A stretch of 62,417 nucleotides of DNA, filler included, from Babesia bigemina (lineage: Eukaryota), in NCBI RefSeq assembly GCF_000981445.1. It is 10 parts of 10 records of this genome, joined end to end, with 100 filler letters (N's around TTAATTAATTAA, not from the genome) between each part and the next. Parts side by side here need not be neighbours in the genome. Positions count along the whole stretch, not along the records: positions 1 to 11,689 come from NW_012237089.1; 9 more parts are not named here. The stretch is one strand, 5' to 3'. A program made the position numbers and the translations under genes. Below are positions 1 through 8,961 of this stretch, piece after piece. Numbering within the stretch: position 1 is the stretch's first letter; the number at the start of each line of letters is the position of its first letter. The notes beneath the pieces were generated by a model. That model was not told where the DNA came from, ran no database searches, and saw nothing but the letters and a program-made list of their open reading frames with translations.

Positions 1-24
1 GGGGACGCTCGTAGTAATCAGCTG

Positions 25-480
25 AATTCGTTCGCGTTGACTGTGAGAGGCGTCCGCGTTGCCCATAGAGTGAGTGTCACGTGAGGCTGGGTGATTGTTC
101 GCTACGTAGGCGGCCGTGAGGACCGCGGCGGGTGACCTAAGTCGTGTGTTGCGAGTCACTGGCAGGGTGGCGTAATCCGCGTTGACCCAGTTAAGTAGCG
201 TTTATAGGCGGCAATGTAGCGATTGTTAACATCACATTTAGGCACGTAGCCGACACGCTCCGCCAGTATGGCGCCGATACCGGGGCTCGTAGCACGGTGC
301 TGCTGCACTGTGGGAGTTGAGCGCACGGGGTTCGCTGCAATTTTTATGGCGTTGCGAATAATGAATAATTTAAAGGACAGTTGGTGCTGATGACATGCGT
401 TGCGTCAGGGCAGCTGTGGTATCCTGGGCAGCGTGGGTGTCGGTGGCCTGGGCTGGGGGGATACAACGGTGAGGGTGAGT
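25..480 (+). promoter_or_regulatory. Conserved ~450-bp non-coding element upstream of the Cys-rich TM gene (putative promoter/5' region)
   Basis: Highly similar to 44370-44820, which lies the same way upstream of a paralogue. Its first ~110 bp recur at 57195-57306. Function is inferred from position only. Confidence 0.5.
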
Positions 481-489
481 GGTGATGAA

Positions 490-889
490 GGGACTGGGAG
501 CGGCAGTGGTAGTGTTGCAGTTGGTGAGTGCTTGCTAGGTGATTGATATGCTTGCAGGTTGAGGGGACTGGGGGCGGCAGTGGTAGTGTTGCAGTTGGTG
601 AGTGCGTTGCTTAGGTGATTGATATGCTTGCAGGCTGAGGGGACTGGGCGCGGCAGTGTTACGTGTTGCAGTTGGTGAGTGCGTTGCTTGAGTGACTGAC
701 ATTTTTGCAGGTTGAGGGACTGGGAGCGTCAGTGGTAGCTGTAGTAGTGGTGAGTGCGTTGCTTAGGAGATTGATATGTCTGCAGGTTGAGGGGAGTGGG
801 AGCGGCAGTGGTAGTGTTGCAGTAGGTGAGTGCTGCTTGAGTGATTGATATGGTTGCAGGTTGAGGGGAGTGGTGAGGGAGCAGGAAAG
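490..889 (+). repeat. ~75-bp tandem units, each a 39-41 nt exon-like block plus a 34-36 nt GT-AG intron (putative spliced 5' UTR)
   Basis: Introns 524-557, 598-633, 675-710, 750-785 and 826-859 all start GTGAGT and end TGCAG. Lengths are typical of Babesia introns. Confidence 0.75.
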
Positions 890-1426
890 ATGAGTGGGAG
901 AATATACGGTTACCCGTGTAACGATTGTGGTTATGGATGTAGAACGTTTGAGGTTTGTTATTGCTGTCCATGGTGTTGTAAAATATGTCCAAATGGCAGG
1001 GGTTGCGATGTATGTTACGGAAGGTTTCTCCTATATCGCCAAAAAAGCAAGGACTGCCATCCTGACGGATGTGGTTCCGTAAAGATAAAGTGTACCAACC
1101 CCCAGTGTCAATGTACATGTTGTAAACAGAAATGTGTACAGGAGCCTGAAACCTGCAAACCCCCCGCTCCACGCCCTCTCTCTGATTCCTCCGATGCTCA
1201 GCCTCACGCCGGCGGTCAAGATCATGCATCCCGTACCGAAGCTCTCATTGATGAAAACGAATCTCATTCTGCCTCCACACCTTCCCCCCCTCCCTACTCC
1301 GTCATCGTTGCCATCATCGTCGCCATCATCCTGCTCGACCTGTGCATCTTCCGCTTCCCGGTGGGCCGCAACATCCGCGATTTCCTCGTACGCAAAGTAC
1401 CGTTCTGCATCGCGTTTTACAGCTAA
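890..1426 (+). CDS. Small Cys-rich protein with C-terminal TM anchor (178 aa)
   Basis: ATG at 890 follows the last acceptor. N-terminus has CxxC/CCxxCC motifs, then a Pro/Ser linker, hydrophobic YSVIVAIIVAIILLDLCIF and a basic tail. Paralogue at 45110. Confidence 0.75.
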   Translation: MSGRIYGYPCNDCGYGCRTFEVCYCCPWCCKICPNGRGCDVCYGRFLLYRQKSKDCHPDGCGSVKIKCTNPQCQCTCCKQKCVQEPETCKPPAPRPLSDSSDAQPHAGGQDHASRTEALIDENESHSASTPSPPPYSVIVAIIVAIILLDLCIFRFPVGRNIRDFLVRKVPFCIAFYS

Positions 1427-1523
1427 ACTCAGCGATTGTTAGCGCAAACTTTGTTAATCATAATCCCATTGATCACCTAACTGGCAACTCACATCTAATG
1501 TTGTAGACAGTAATGATTGCTTG

Positions 1524-1670
1524 ATGGCAAATTACATGAGCAGTGCGGTGACCATAACTGCCGCCCCTTACATCATCATTCCCGTCGCCCTCATCATCGT
1601 CGTCATCTGCGTCATGGTCTACTTCCGCATCCGGCCGTTCCACAGGGTGCGGTATCTACTGCGCAGCTGA
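1524..1670 (+). CDS. Isolated TM-tail cassette type Y (48-aa micro-ORF or gene remnant)
   Basis: MANYMSSAVTITAAPYIIIPVALIIVVICVMVYFRIRPFHRVRYLLRS*. Near-identical to the gene end at 38836-38940. Confidence 0.45.
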   Translation: MANYMSSAVTITAAPYIIIPVALIIVVICVMVYFRIRPFHRVRYLLRS

Positions 1671-1730
1671 TCACGTTAACCTAACTGGCAACTGACATCT
1701 AATGTTATAGACAAAATAGTGATCGCGTTG

Positions 1731-1910
1731 ATGACCAAGCACATGAGCAGTGAGGTGACCACTCCCTACTCGGTCATCGCCGCCGTCATCGTTGCCATCA
1801 TCGTCGCCATCATCCTGCTCGACCTGTGCATCTTCCGCTTTCCGGTGGGCCGCAACATCCGCGATTTCCTCGTACGCAAGATACCCTTCTGCATCGCGTT
1901 TTACAGCTGA
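1731..1910 (+). CDS. Isolated TM-tail cassette type X (59-aa micro-ORF or gene remnant)
   Basis: Duplicates the TM and cytoplasmic tail of 890-1426 (PYSVI...DFLVRKIPFCIAFYS). Confidence 0.45.
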   Translation: MTKHMSSEVTTPYSVIAAVIVAIIVAIILLDLCIFRFPVGRNIRDFLVRKIPFCIAFYS

Positions 1911-2032
1911 TCTCCGCAATCTGTTAGCGCCAACATCGTAATCCAAATCCCACTGATCACCTAACTGACAACTGACACCTAATGTTGTAGACAGTAATGA
2001 TTGCACTGATGACCAATCACATGAGCAGTGAG

Positions 2033-2103
2033 GTGACCAAGCACCTGACCAATGCCATGACCAAAGTGCTGACCAATGTGCTGACCAATGCCATGACCAA
2101 GTT
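2033..2103 (+). repeat. 12-bp satellite (GTGCTGACCAAN)
   Basis: Direct tandem copies visible. Confidence 0.85.
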
Positions 2104-2104
2104 G

Positions 2105-2535
2105 ATGGTCACGGCAGCGATGTCTTGGTTACGGCAGCGATGTCTTGGTTACGGCAGCGATGTCTTGGTTACGGCAGCGATGACATGGTCACGGCAGCGG
2201 TGACAGGGGATTCAGCAGCGATGACATGGTCACGGCAGCGATGACATTGACACGGCAGCGATGACATGGTCACGGCAGCGATGACATGGTCACGGCAGCG
2301 ATGACATTGACACGGCAGCGATGACATGGTCACGGCAGCGATGACATGGTCACGGCAGCGATGACAGTGACTCAGCAGCGATGACATGGACACGGCAGCG
2401 ATGAAATGGACACGGCAGCGATGACATGGTCACGGCAGCGATGACATGGTTACGGCGACGATGACATGGTTACGGCGACGATGACATGGTCACAAGTGGT
2501 CATATATTCACTGCAGCGATGACATGGTTACAAGT
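2105..2535 (+). repeat. 20-bp satellite (CACGGCAGCGATGACATGGT)
   Basis: Direct tandem copies visible. Confidence 0.95.
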
Positions 2536-2545
2536 GGTGATTATT

Positions 2546-3480
2546 ATCCACTCCACATCGCTCCCTAACCCACTCTACATCGCTCCCTAACCCACTCTAC
2601 ATCGCTCCCTAACCCACTCTACATCGCCCCTTTATCCACTCTACATCGCTCCCTAACCCACTCTACATCGCTCCCTAACCCACTCTACATCGCCCCTTAA
2701 CCCACTCTACATCGCTCCCTTATCCACTCTACATCGCCCCTTACCCACTCCACATCGCCCCTTTACCCACTCTACATCGCTCCCTAATCCACTCCACATC
2801 GCCCCTTAACCCACTCTACATCGCCCCTTAACCCACTCTACATCGCCCCTTAACCCACTCTACATCGCCCCTTAACCCACTCTACATCGCCCCTTTTTCC
2901 ACTCTACATCGCCCCTTAACCCACTCCACATCGCTCCCTTATCCACTCCACATCGCCCCTTAGTCCACTCCACATCGCCCCTTAGTCCACTCCACATCGC
3001 TCCCTAACCCACTCTACATCGCCCCTTTACCCACTCCACATCGCCCCTTTATCCACTCTACATCGCTCCCTAACCCACTCTACATCGCTCCTTAACCCAC
3101 TCTACATCGCTCCTTAACCCACCTTACATCGCTCCCTAACCCACTCTACATCGCCCCTTAACCCACTCTACATCGCCCCTTTACCCACTCTACATCGCTC
3201 CTCTATCCACTCTACATCGCCCCTTATCCACTCTACATCGCTCCCTAATCCACTCTCCATCGCCCCTTTATCCACTCCACATCGCTCCCTTATCCACTCT
3301 ACATCGCCCCTTATCCACTCCACATCGCTCCTTAACCCACTCTTCATCGCCCCTTAACCCACTCTACATCGCTCCTTAACCCACTCTACATCGCCCCTTT
3401 ATCCACTCTACATCGCCCCTTTATCCACTCCACATCGCCCCTTTACCCACTCCACATCGCCCCTTTATCCACCTTACATC
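2546..3480 (+). repeat. 22-bp satellite (CCACTCTACATCGCYCCTWAAC)
   Basis: Direct tandem copies, with the C-rich strand as the ves sense strand. Confidence 0.95.
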
Positions 3481-3508
3481 CTTTGAATCACCTCGCCATA
3501 TTACCGCC

Positions 3509-3634
3509 ATGACCTCTCTAAACCATCCTAATAACTTGTGCCTTGTCACCCTTCACTTCCCTCCTTCCACCTCTTGCCACTGCCCTGACCCTGTGCCGCC
3601 TAGGGAGCTTGGCAAGAAATTTGACAAATTTTAA
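3509..3634 (+). other. Conserved ves leader: 41-aa upstream ORF, in frame with ves, ending in TAA at codon 42
   Basis: MTSLNHPNNLCLVTLHFPPSTSCHCPDPVPPRELGKKFDKF* then, in the same frame, NPKNTSNNNPTDILNNLCSGLETFLGF... Confidence 0.8.
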
Positions 3635-3787
3635 AACCCGAAAAATACCTCAAATAACAACCCTACTGACATCCTTAACAACCTCTGCTCTGGCCTCGAG
3701 ACTTTCCTCGGCTTCAACTCTGCTTCCAAAGGCTACAACGGCACTGGGATAGTGTACTCTGACCTGGACAGGCTGTGTGATGCAGTG

Positions 3788-6700
3788 ATGGGATTTTTGA
3801 GTGGTGTTCTCAGTAACATCAAAGACCATTTAGGGCAGCATAAAACACAAATTAATGAAGCAATTGACGCACTTAACACCAATAAACACCTTGGTAAAAA
3901 CGGTTTTAATGTTGCGATTGGAAGTGTGGTCGAAGGGGTGCGGGGGTATAATGATGGTGTCATGAAGTCTAATAATAAGGTGAGTGAACCGATAAAAACG
4001 ATGGCAACAAGAATGAATAAATACACGGAAAAGGCCTTAAAACCGTTACTTAAAGAAAAAGATTACGAAAAACCTGAAGAAGTTCAGAAGGCTGTCGAGC
4101 AGATTGACAGGGAGCTGGAGTACTGTAAAAATGACGCAAAAGAGTTTAATGAAGCTTTTAATTTCACAAACAGAGAACAAATGAAAAAAGACGTTGAAGA
4201 TCTTAATGCACCTTTAAGTGTCAAAGTAAAGAGTGTCGCTGAGAGTGTCAAGCATGAGAGTGACAGGCTGAGTAGGATGGCGGAGAGGCAGAAAAATGAG
4301 TTAAAGGAGACGACGGAAAAAATCAAAAAAACGTTGGGTGATTTAAAAGTAAGTGTTGACTGCAAAATAAATGACGACATGAAAGAGTTTGTTAAAAATT
4401 TGAGAAGCAAAATTACGCCAATTAAGAAAATTTTGGATGACATCACTGCGCAACTGTCGCAGTATATTATCGATTTGCAGACGTGGATGAATGAGACTAA
4501 AGATTTTATTGACAAAGTACGGCAAAATGAAGTGAAGAAAATCGTTAACGAGACGAGCGACAAGCTTACTGGTAAAACGAATCTAATTGACGATCAAAGA
4601 AAAGAGATGTTGAAGTTCAAAAAAGATCTTACTACTCATATTGAAAGCGTTAAAAGTATTGTTAAAGACAAGGTAGCAGATGCAAAAAATGCAAAAGTTG
4701 CGCAGCTGGACGGGTGGAAGACTGCGGCAGGGAGCGTTGTAAGCGCGGCGCAGGGGAAGTGTGAGCAGATTGGTAAGATGGTGGAGACTGGAAATGCTGG
4801 CGATAGAAGTAAAATTTATGGGTTAGCCAGCGGTATGAAAGAAAAGGCAGATAAGCTCAGGGAGGCGGCGGAGACGGTGAAGAGTAGTATTGAGAGTTGG
4901 GTGAGAGGAGCGGAGCAGGCTGTAAACCATTTGGAAAATCAGCTTAAAGAAGATTTGCATGGGCTTAAAACTGCAATCATTCGTAAGACACGAGAGTATG
5001 TTGAGAAGTTAAAAGGTGAGGTTAAAGTTGAAAACACTGGGGGCCAAGTCATCGTGAAAATCGGGGATACGCCGATTGGTAGCGTTGAGGGCCTTAGAGA
5101 TACTGTTATCGCAAAGTGGTTGCAATCTTATGGCAACACAGGTAACAAAGGATTCAAGGCTTATATGTTAAAGACAGAACTAGATGAACTTACAAGTTCA
5201 CAGAATATTGCAGTAAAAGAAAGAAGAGATGCGACTTGTATTGAGGCTATCGTTGAAGATTTTAACAAACACATAGAGGACCATCTGCCTAACGATTTGG
5301 AAGCGCAAAGAACGCACGGAAATTCATATGTCCAGCTTACTCATCTTTCGCCTTCCTTCACCAAACCTGGTTCCACCAGCAGGGTGGCCAATAGCAGGAG
5401 AGAAACTTTGACACATAAGATCAAGCAAATTCAACAAGATGTAACCAGTCGGTTGCCAATGATTAAACCAAATCCCATCGAGACTGAGATTACCTCCGAT
5501 ACGTTTGGACAATCATTCACTACCATCGAGCAACACCTCCAAACCATCGCAGGGCTGGTTGACAGCAGCAAAAAAAACTCGAACTCAAACGATGGCATCC
5601 AACAATATTTAAACGACTTGAAAGACAGAGGTTTTGAAACCGGTGATGGCAGCACATGGACGCCACTAGCCGGTGCAGCATCCAAAGGCCTCATGACAAT
5701 CAAGCAAGACATTATTACCGCGCTGGACGGTATCGACACATACGCTTCCGACATCTCCGTTTCCTACATAACCGATGGCCTAGATAAGGTTTCCACCGAA
5801 ATCACGAAACACCTTGGAGATCTCGAGCAAGCTATAGATCAAACCACGAATGCCGTCCATGCGAAATTGATCGCTCTGAAAGACGATAAAATTGGTAACG
5901 CTGCGAATCGCAAGACAATCAAGGAGAACACCTTACAAGCCATTTCTGACAAACTTGACAAACTACAGAAGGGCCTGGTGACAGATGCTATCAGAGATAC
6001 CAAGTCGCTGCTTGATACCTACTTGACGAAAGCTGAAGAATACTACACGAAAGAGCTGAAATCTCACCTCAACACTCAAGTAAAACAAGCCATCGAGACG
6101 CTCACCACCCACTCGCAAAAGCAATACTTCTTTTCCACTGTGTCACTGTTATCAGAGTTCTCCAATAGGGTTGAGAAGGAGTTGAAGCCGCTGCCGCAAG
6201 AAATAAAAAACGATTTGGAGAGAGGGCACAAAGGGTTCATGAATAAAATAGAAAAGTATTTCATTGGAACGGAAAAAGGAATTAAAGTCATTAGGGACAT
6301 CAAGACCACGCACTCTCCTCCAGAGCAGTCTCCACTCAGCCAGGCAGCTGCGAGATTATACAACGCCTCCAGACGTCTTTGCAATTATTTGAAGTCACAG
6401 ACGGATTTCATATCAGACTTTCAAAAATACGAGCCCTTGCATAATGCTCTTCTAACTTTGCTTGATGGACTCAAAACTTCCGAACATTTCAATCACCAAT
6501 TTAGAGATAACTTGGACACAGTTAAGATTACTCTCGGCCAACTCGCTCCTCAGCAATTCGGCACCTCTTCGACGGTCATGTTACAAGCGCTGAAAGGGGG
6601 AATTGCTGCTTTGGTCGACGAACTTGACAAAGCCTACGTGAGCAGTTACTCCGGGAGACAATGGCAAGACGAGGAACTGGAACACTACGCGAAAATCGGC

Positions 6701-8836
6701 TTGACCATCACGCCCATCTTATATCAAGAATTGACTACATTTAAGCATGGCCTTGATATATACGATTGGACCACCCATAAAATCTATGATGCTCAAGCAC
6801 CTACCTCCAGCCTCTACGCTCTCTTCTTCCGCGACAACGGGTATGACGTCCATCGTCCTGAGAACGCCGAGCATGGCGAACTGAATCACAAACGTGACTT
6901 CAACGGTAGCAGCATTCTTGCGCACCTAACTAATACGAAACATGAACTGTTCAGTCAACAGTCATCTCCCGTCACCGGCATTCGTCAATCCACATCCGAG
7001 TCGGACGACCTACGTGTAACCATCGCTGAGGAAAGCGGTCTCATCCGAAAACTCTATGATCTCCTAAAAACGTACTTCCGTGTATGCCACCTTACCCGTG
7101 TTGAGAAACCCAGGGCTCCGTGCTCCATTTACGAAATCCTCGTCTGGTGCAACGGCCTGCAGTTCAACCCCGTGTACGGCAAACTGATGAAGCACATTGA
7201 GTCTGAGTTCATGAAGGAGGACGAGCAAATGCCGGGTACTAAAACGCTTCAGCCCTTCGATGCGCATCCGTCTCGCTTCCATCACACTGACGTTAACGAA
7301 TATCTGTACAAGGTCTCATCTGACTCCCACGCCGTCCTCACTGCTATCCTAGGCCACGGTCACAAGGACGGAATCTACGCGTGTGAGTTCTCCAGCAACT
7401 CGCTGAAGTTAGATTACCCTAGCAACATGATCCAGTTACTGTGTACGTTGTTCGACCTGCTCAAGCGCCTCTACCACCAGCTGTACTTCCTGCTGCAGCA
7501 GTGTCAGCTTACAACTCAGCTCAGCGGCTGGAGGGACTGCCACTACGGCAGGTACATCGGTGGGTCGGGCTGGCAGTGCAACACAAAGCAATGCCCTAAG
7601 CAAGACTGCGACCAAAGGCACGACCAAAGTGGCAACCAAACGGGTGGCCAATACCCCAACTGCGGCGTCAAGTCGCCACTGCAATCGTTCCTGGAGGACG
7701 GTCTGAAAGGCCACCTGCCGCATTCGGTAACGGCTAGGGGATCCAGTCTGTCATGTGCCACGTGTGGTAGTACACCTGGTATGCCTTGCAGAACTCCGAT
7801 GGGCTTCGCCGACATCGGTGCCATCGCGTCGCATACGCTGATTGGCCAAGATATATGCGATGTGCTTTATTATTTCTGTGGCCGTCCTAACTCCCCTCTC
7901 ACAAGGCTGTGCGGTTATCTCAACTGCCTTTTGCCTAGTGCGCCGAAAACGCTGGCGGACATGTTCAGCTTCTACTATCACCTCACCGATCGCTGGGGTA
8001 TGCATGGTCAAACGCATAAACAGCAGGCATTTGAAGAAAAAGTTAACGCTGCCAATTTCGGGCGTCCTTATGGTGAGTTGAAAGTCTACCACTTATTTAC
8101 CCCTAGTCACTCAGCATTGAAGAAGGGCCACTCCGATGGTAGCCTGGGCAGTCTCGTTTGCTCATCGAAGGACTCCGTGGTATGCGGTCCTTTTTTGCGT
8201 CCCATCAATCACGCCATTTACGAGACGTTCTCATCGAAACACGCCGATAAATATTTGTCGTGGATCGTATACCTGACGGCAAGCTTTTACGATCTTCTTA
8301 AGAAATTGTATGATGAGTGCAATTCCAAATGCGGTGCCAGGGGATCGAATTGCCACGTAAAAGCGTGCATCAAGGGGTGTCCAACTACAACCATACAAGA
8401 TCCGCCGCGATATCACCATCGCGACTGCAAATCCATTGTACAGTGCAATGCTACGCTGCCAACATTGGCAAAATACGGCTTCGTTCTCGGCGATCCAGAG
8501 AGGCTGAACAGGGATGGACAATCGCATACAAAACGCACGTGCAGAGATTTCTGTGATGTATTTCGAGAGGCATTTGACAAAGACTCACATCTTGTGCAGT
8601 TTTTCAATGCCATTGATAATTTCATCTTCACCATCCGCGCCCCTTTCATCTGGCTCAACGTAGCCCTCTGGCTCCTCTCCTTCCTCTACCTCACCCACAT
8701 CATGGTCATCCGCCTGGACCTGCTCCACATCAAATCTCACTTACACTCACCATCGTCACATCGCATCGCCGCTCAATCACTACTCGCCGCCGCACGTGTT
8801 AACAAGCTTAACAGGGTGTTTTACCTACAACCATAA
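3788..8836 (+). CDS. ves1: Variant erythrocyte surface antigen-like (VESA1-like) protein, type-A tail; homology extends 5' to 3509 across a TAA
   Basis: YSDLDRLCD.VMGFL motif, long helical region, Cys-rich C-terminal domain (CGVKSPLQSFLEDGL), TM, and tail HIKSHLHSPSSHRIAAQSLLAAARVNKLNRVFYLQP. First in-frame ATG after the stop is at 3788. Confidence 0.85.
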   Translation: MGFLSGVLSNIKDHLGQHKTQINEAIDALNTNKHLGKNGFNVAIGSVVEGVRGYNDGVMKSNNKVSEPIKTMATRMNKYTEKALKPLLKEKDYEKPEEVQKAVEQIDRELEYCKNDAKEFNEAFNFTNREQMKKDVEDLNAPLSVKVKSVAESVKHESDRLSRMAERQKNELKETTEKIKKTLGDLKVSVDCKINDDMKEFVKNLRSKITPIKKILDDITAQLSQYIIDLQTWMNETKDFIDKVRQNEVKKIVNETSDKLTGKTNLIDDQRKEMLKFKKDLTTHIESVKSIVKDKVADAKNAKVAQLDGWKTAAGSVVSAAQGKCEQIGKMVETGNAGDRSKIYGLASGMKEKADKLREAAETVKSSIESWVRGAEQAVNHLENQLKEDLHGLKTAIIRKTREYVEKLKGEVKVENTGGQVIVKIGDTPIGSVEGLRDTVIAKWLQSYGNTGNKGFKAYMLKTELDELTSSQNIAVKERRDATCIEAIVEDFNKHIEDHLPNDLEAQRTHGNSYVQLTHLSPSFTKPGSTSRVANSRRETLTHKIKQIQQDVTSRLPMIKPNPIETEITSDTFGQSFTTIEQHLQTIAGLVDSSKKNSNSNDGIQQYLNDLKDRGFETGDGSTWTPLAGAASKGLMTIKQDIITALDGIDTYASDISVSYITDGLDKVSTEITKHLGDLEQAIDQTTNAVHAKLIALKDDKIGNAANRKTIKENTLQAISDKLDKLQKGLVTDAIRDTKSLLDTYLTKAEEYYTKELKSHLNTQVKQAIETLTTHSQKQYFFSTVSLLSEFSNRVEKELKPLPQEIKNDLERGHKGFMNKIEKYFIGTEKGIKVIRDIKTTHSPPEQSPLSQAAARLYNASRRLCNYLKSQTDFISDFQKYEPLHNALLTLLDGLKTSEHFNHQFRDNLDTVKITLGQLAPQQFGTSSTVMLQALKGGIAALVDELDKAYVSSYSGRQWQDEELEHYAKIGLTITPILYQELTTFKHGLDIYDWTTHKIYDAQAPTSSLYALFFRDNGYDVHRPENAEHGELNHKRDFNGSSILAHLTNTKHELFSQQSSPVTGIRQSTSESDDLRVTIAEESGLIRKLYDLLKTYFRVCHLTRVEKPRAPCSIYEILVWCNGLQFNPVYGKLMKHIESEFMKEDEQMPGTKTLQPFDAHPSRFHHTDVNEYLYKVSSDSHAVLTAILGHGHKDGIYACEFSSNSLKLDYPSNMIQLLCTLFDLLKRLYHQLYFLLQQCQLTTQLSGWRDCHYGRYIGGSGWQCNTKQCPKQDCDQRHDQSGNQTGGQYPNCGVKSPLQSFLEDGLKGHLPHSVTARGSSLSCATCGSTPGMPCRTPMGFADIGAIASHTLIGQDICDVLYYFCGRPNSPLTRLCGYLNCLLPSAPKTLADMFSFYYHLTDRWGMHGQTHKQQAFEEKVNAANFGRPYGELKVYHLFTPSHSALKKGHSDGSLGSLVCSSKDSVVCGPFLRPINHAIYETFSSKHADKYLSWIVYLTASFYDLLKKLYDECNSKCGARGSNCHVKACIKGCPTTTIQDPPRYHHRDCKSIVQCNATLPTLAKYGFVLGDPERLNRDGQSHTKRTCRDFCDVFREAFDKDSHLVQFFNAIDNFIFTIRAPFIWLNVALWLLSFLYLTHIMVIRLDLLHIKSHLHSPSSHRIAAQSLLAAARVNKLNRVFYLQP

Positions 8837-8961
8837 TCGTACTCACGTGTTTACTATCTACACTCACCTAGCATCACCTACTCACCTAACTTATGAATTG
8901 TGCTTTAATCTGTTGTATCACTCATTAATCGTTGTATGTCATTGTGTAATAGTTAACTAAA

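Noticed and set aside
3539..3603. GT-AG intron in the ves leader
   Set aside because: It ends before the TAA, the donor is absent in the 62091 copy, and no conserved acceptor follows the stop.
3788..6300. Bacterial Ebh/spectrin-like adhesin or horizontal transfer
   Set aside because: Only generic helical composition. The terminal motifs are ves-type.
4084..8658. Many short antisense or alternate-frame ORFs within ves genes
   Set aside because: Shadows of the long ORF. Their recurrence at 58256-60186 just reflects paralogy.
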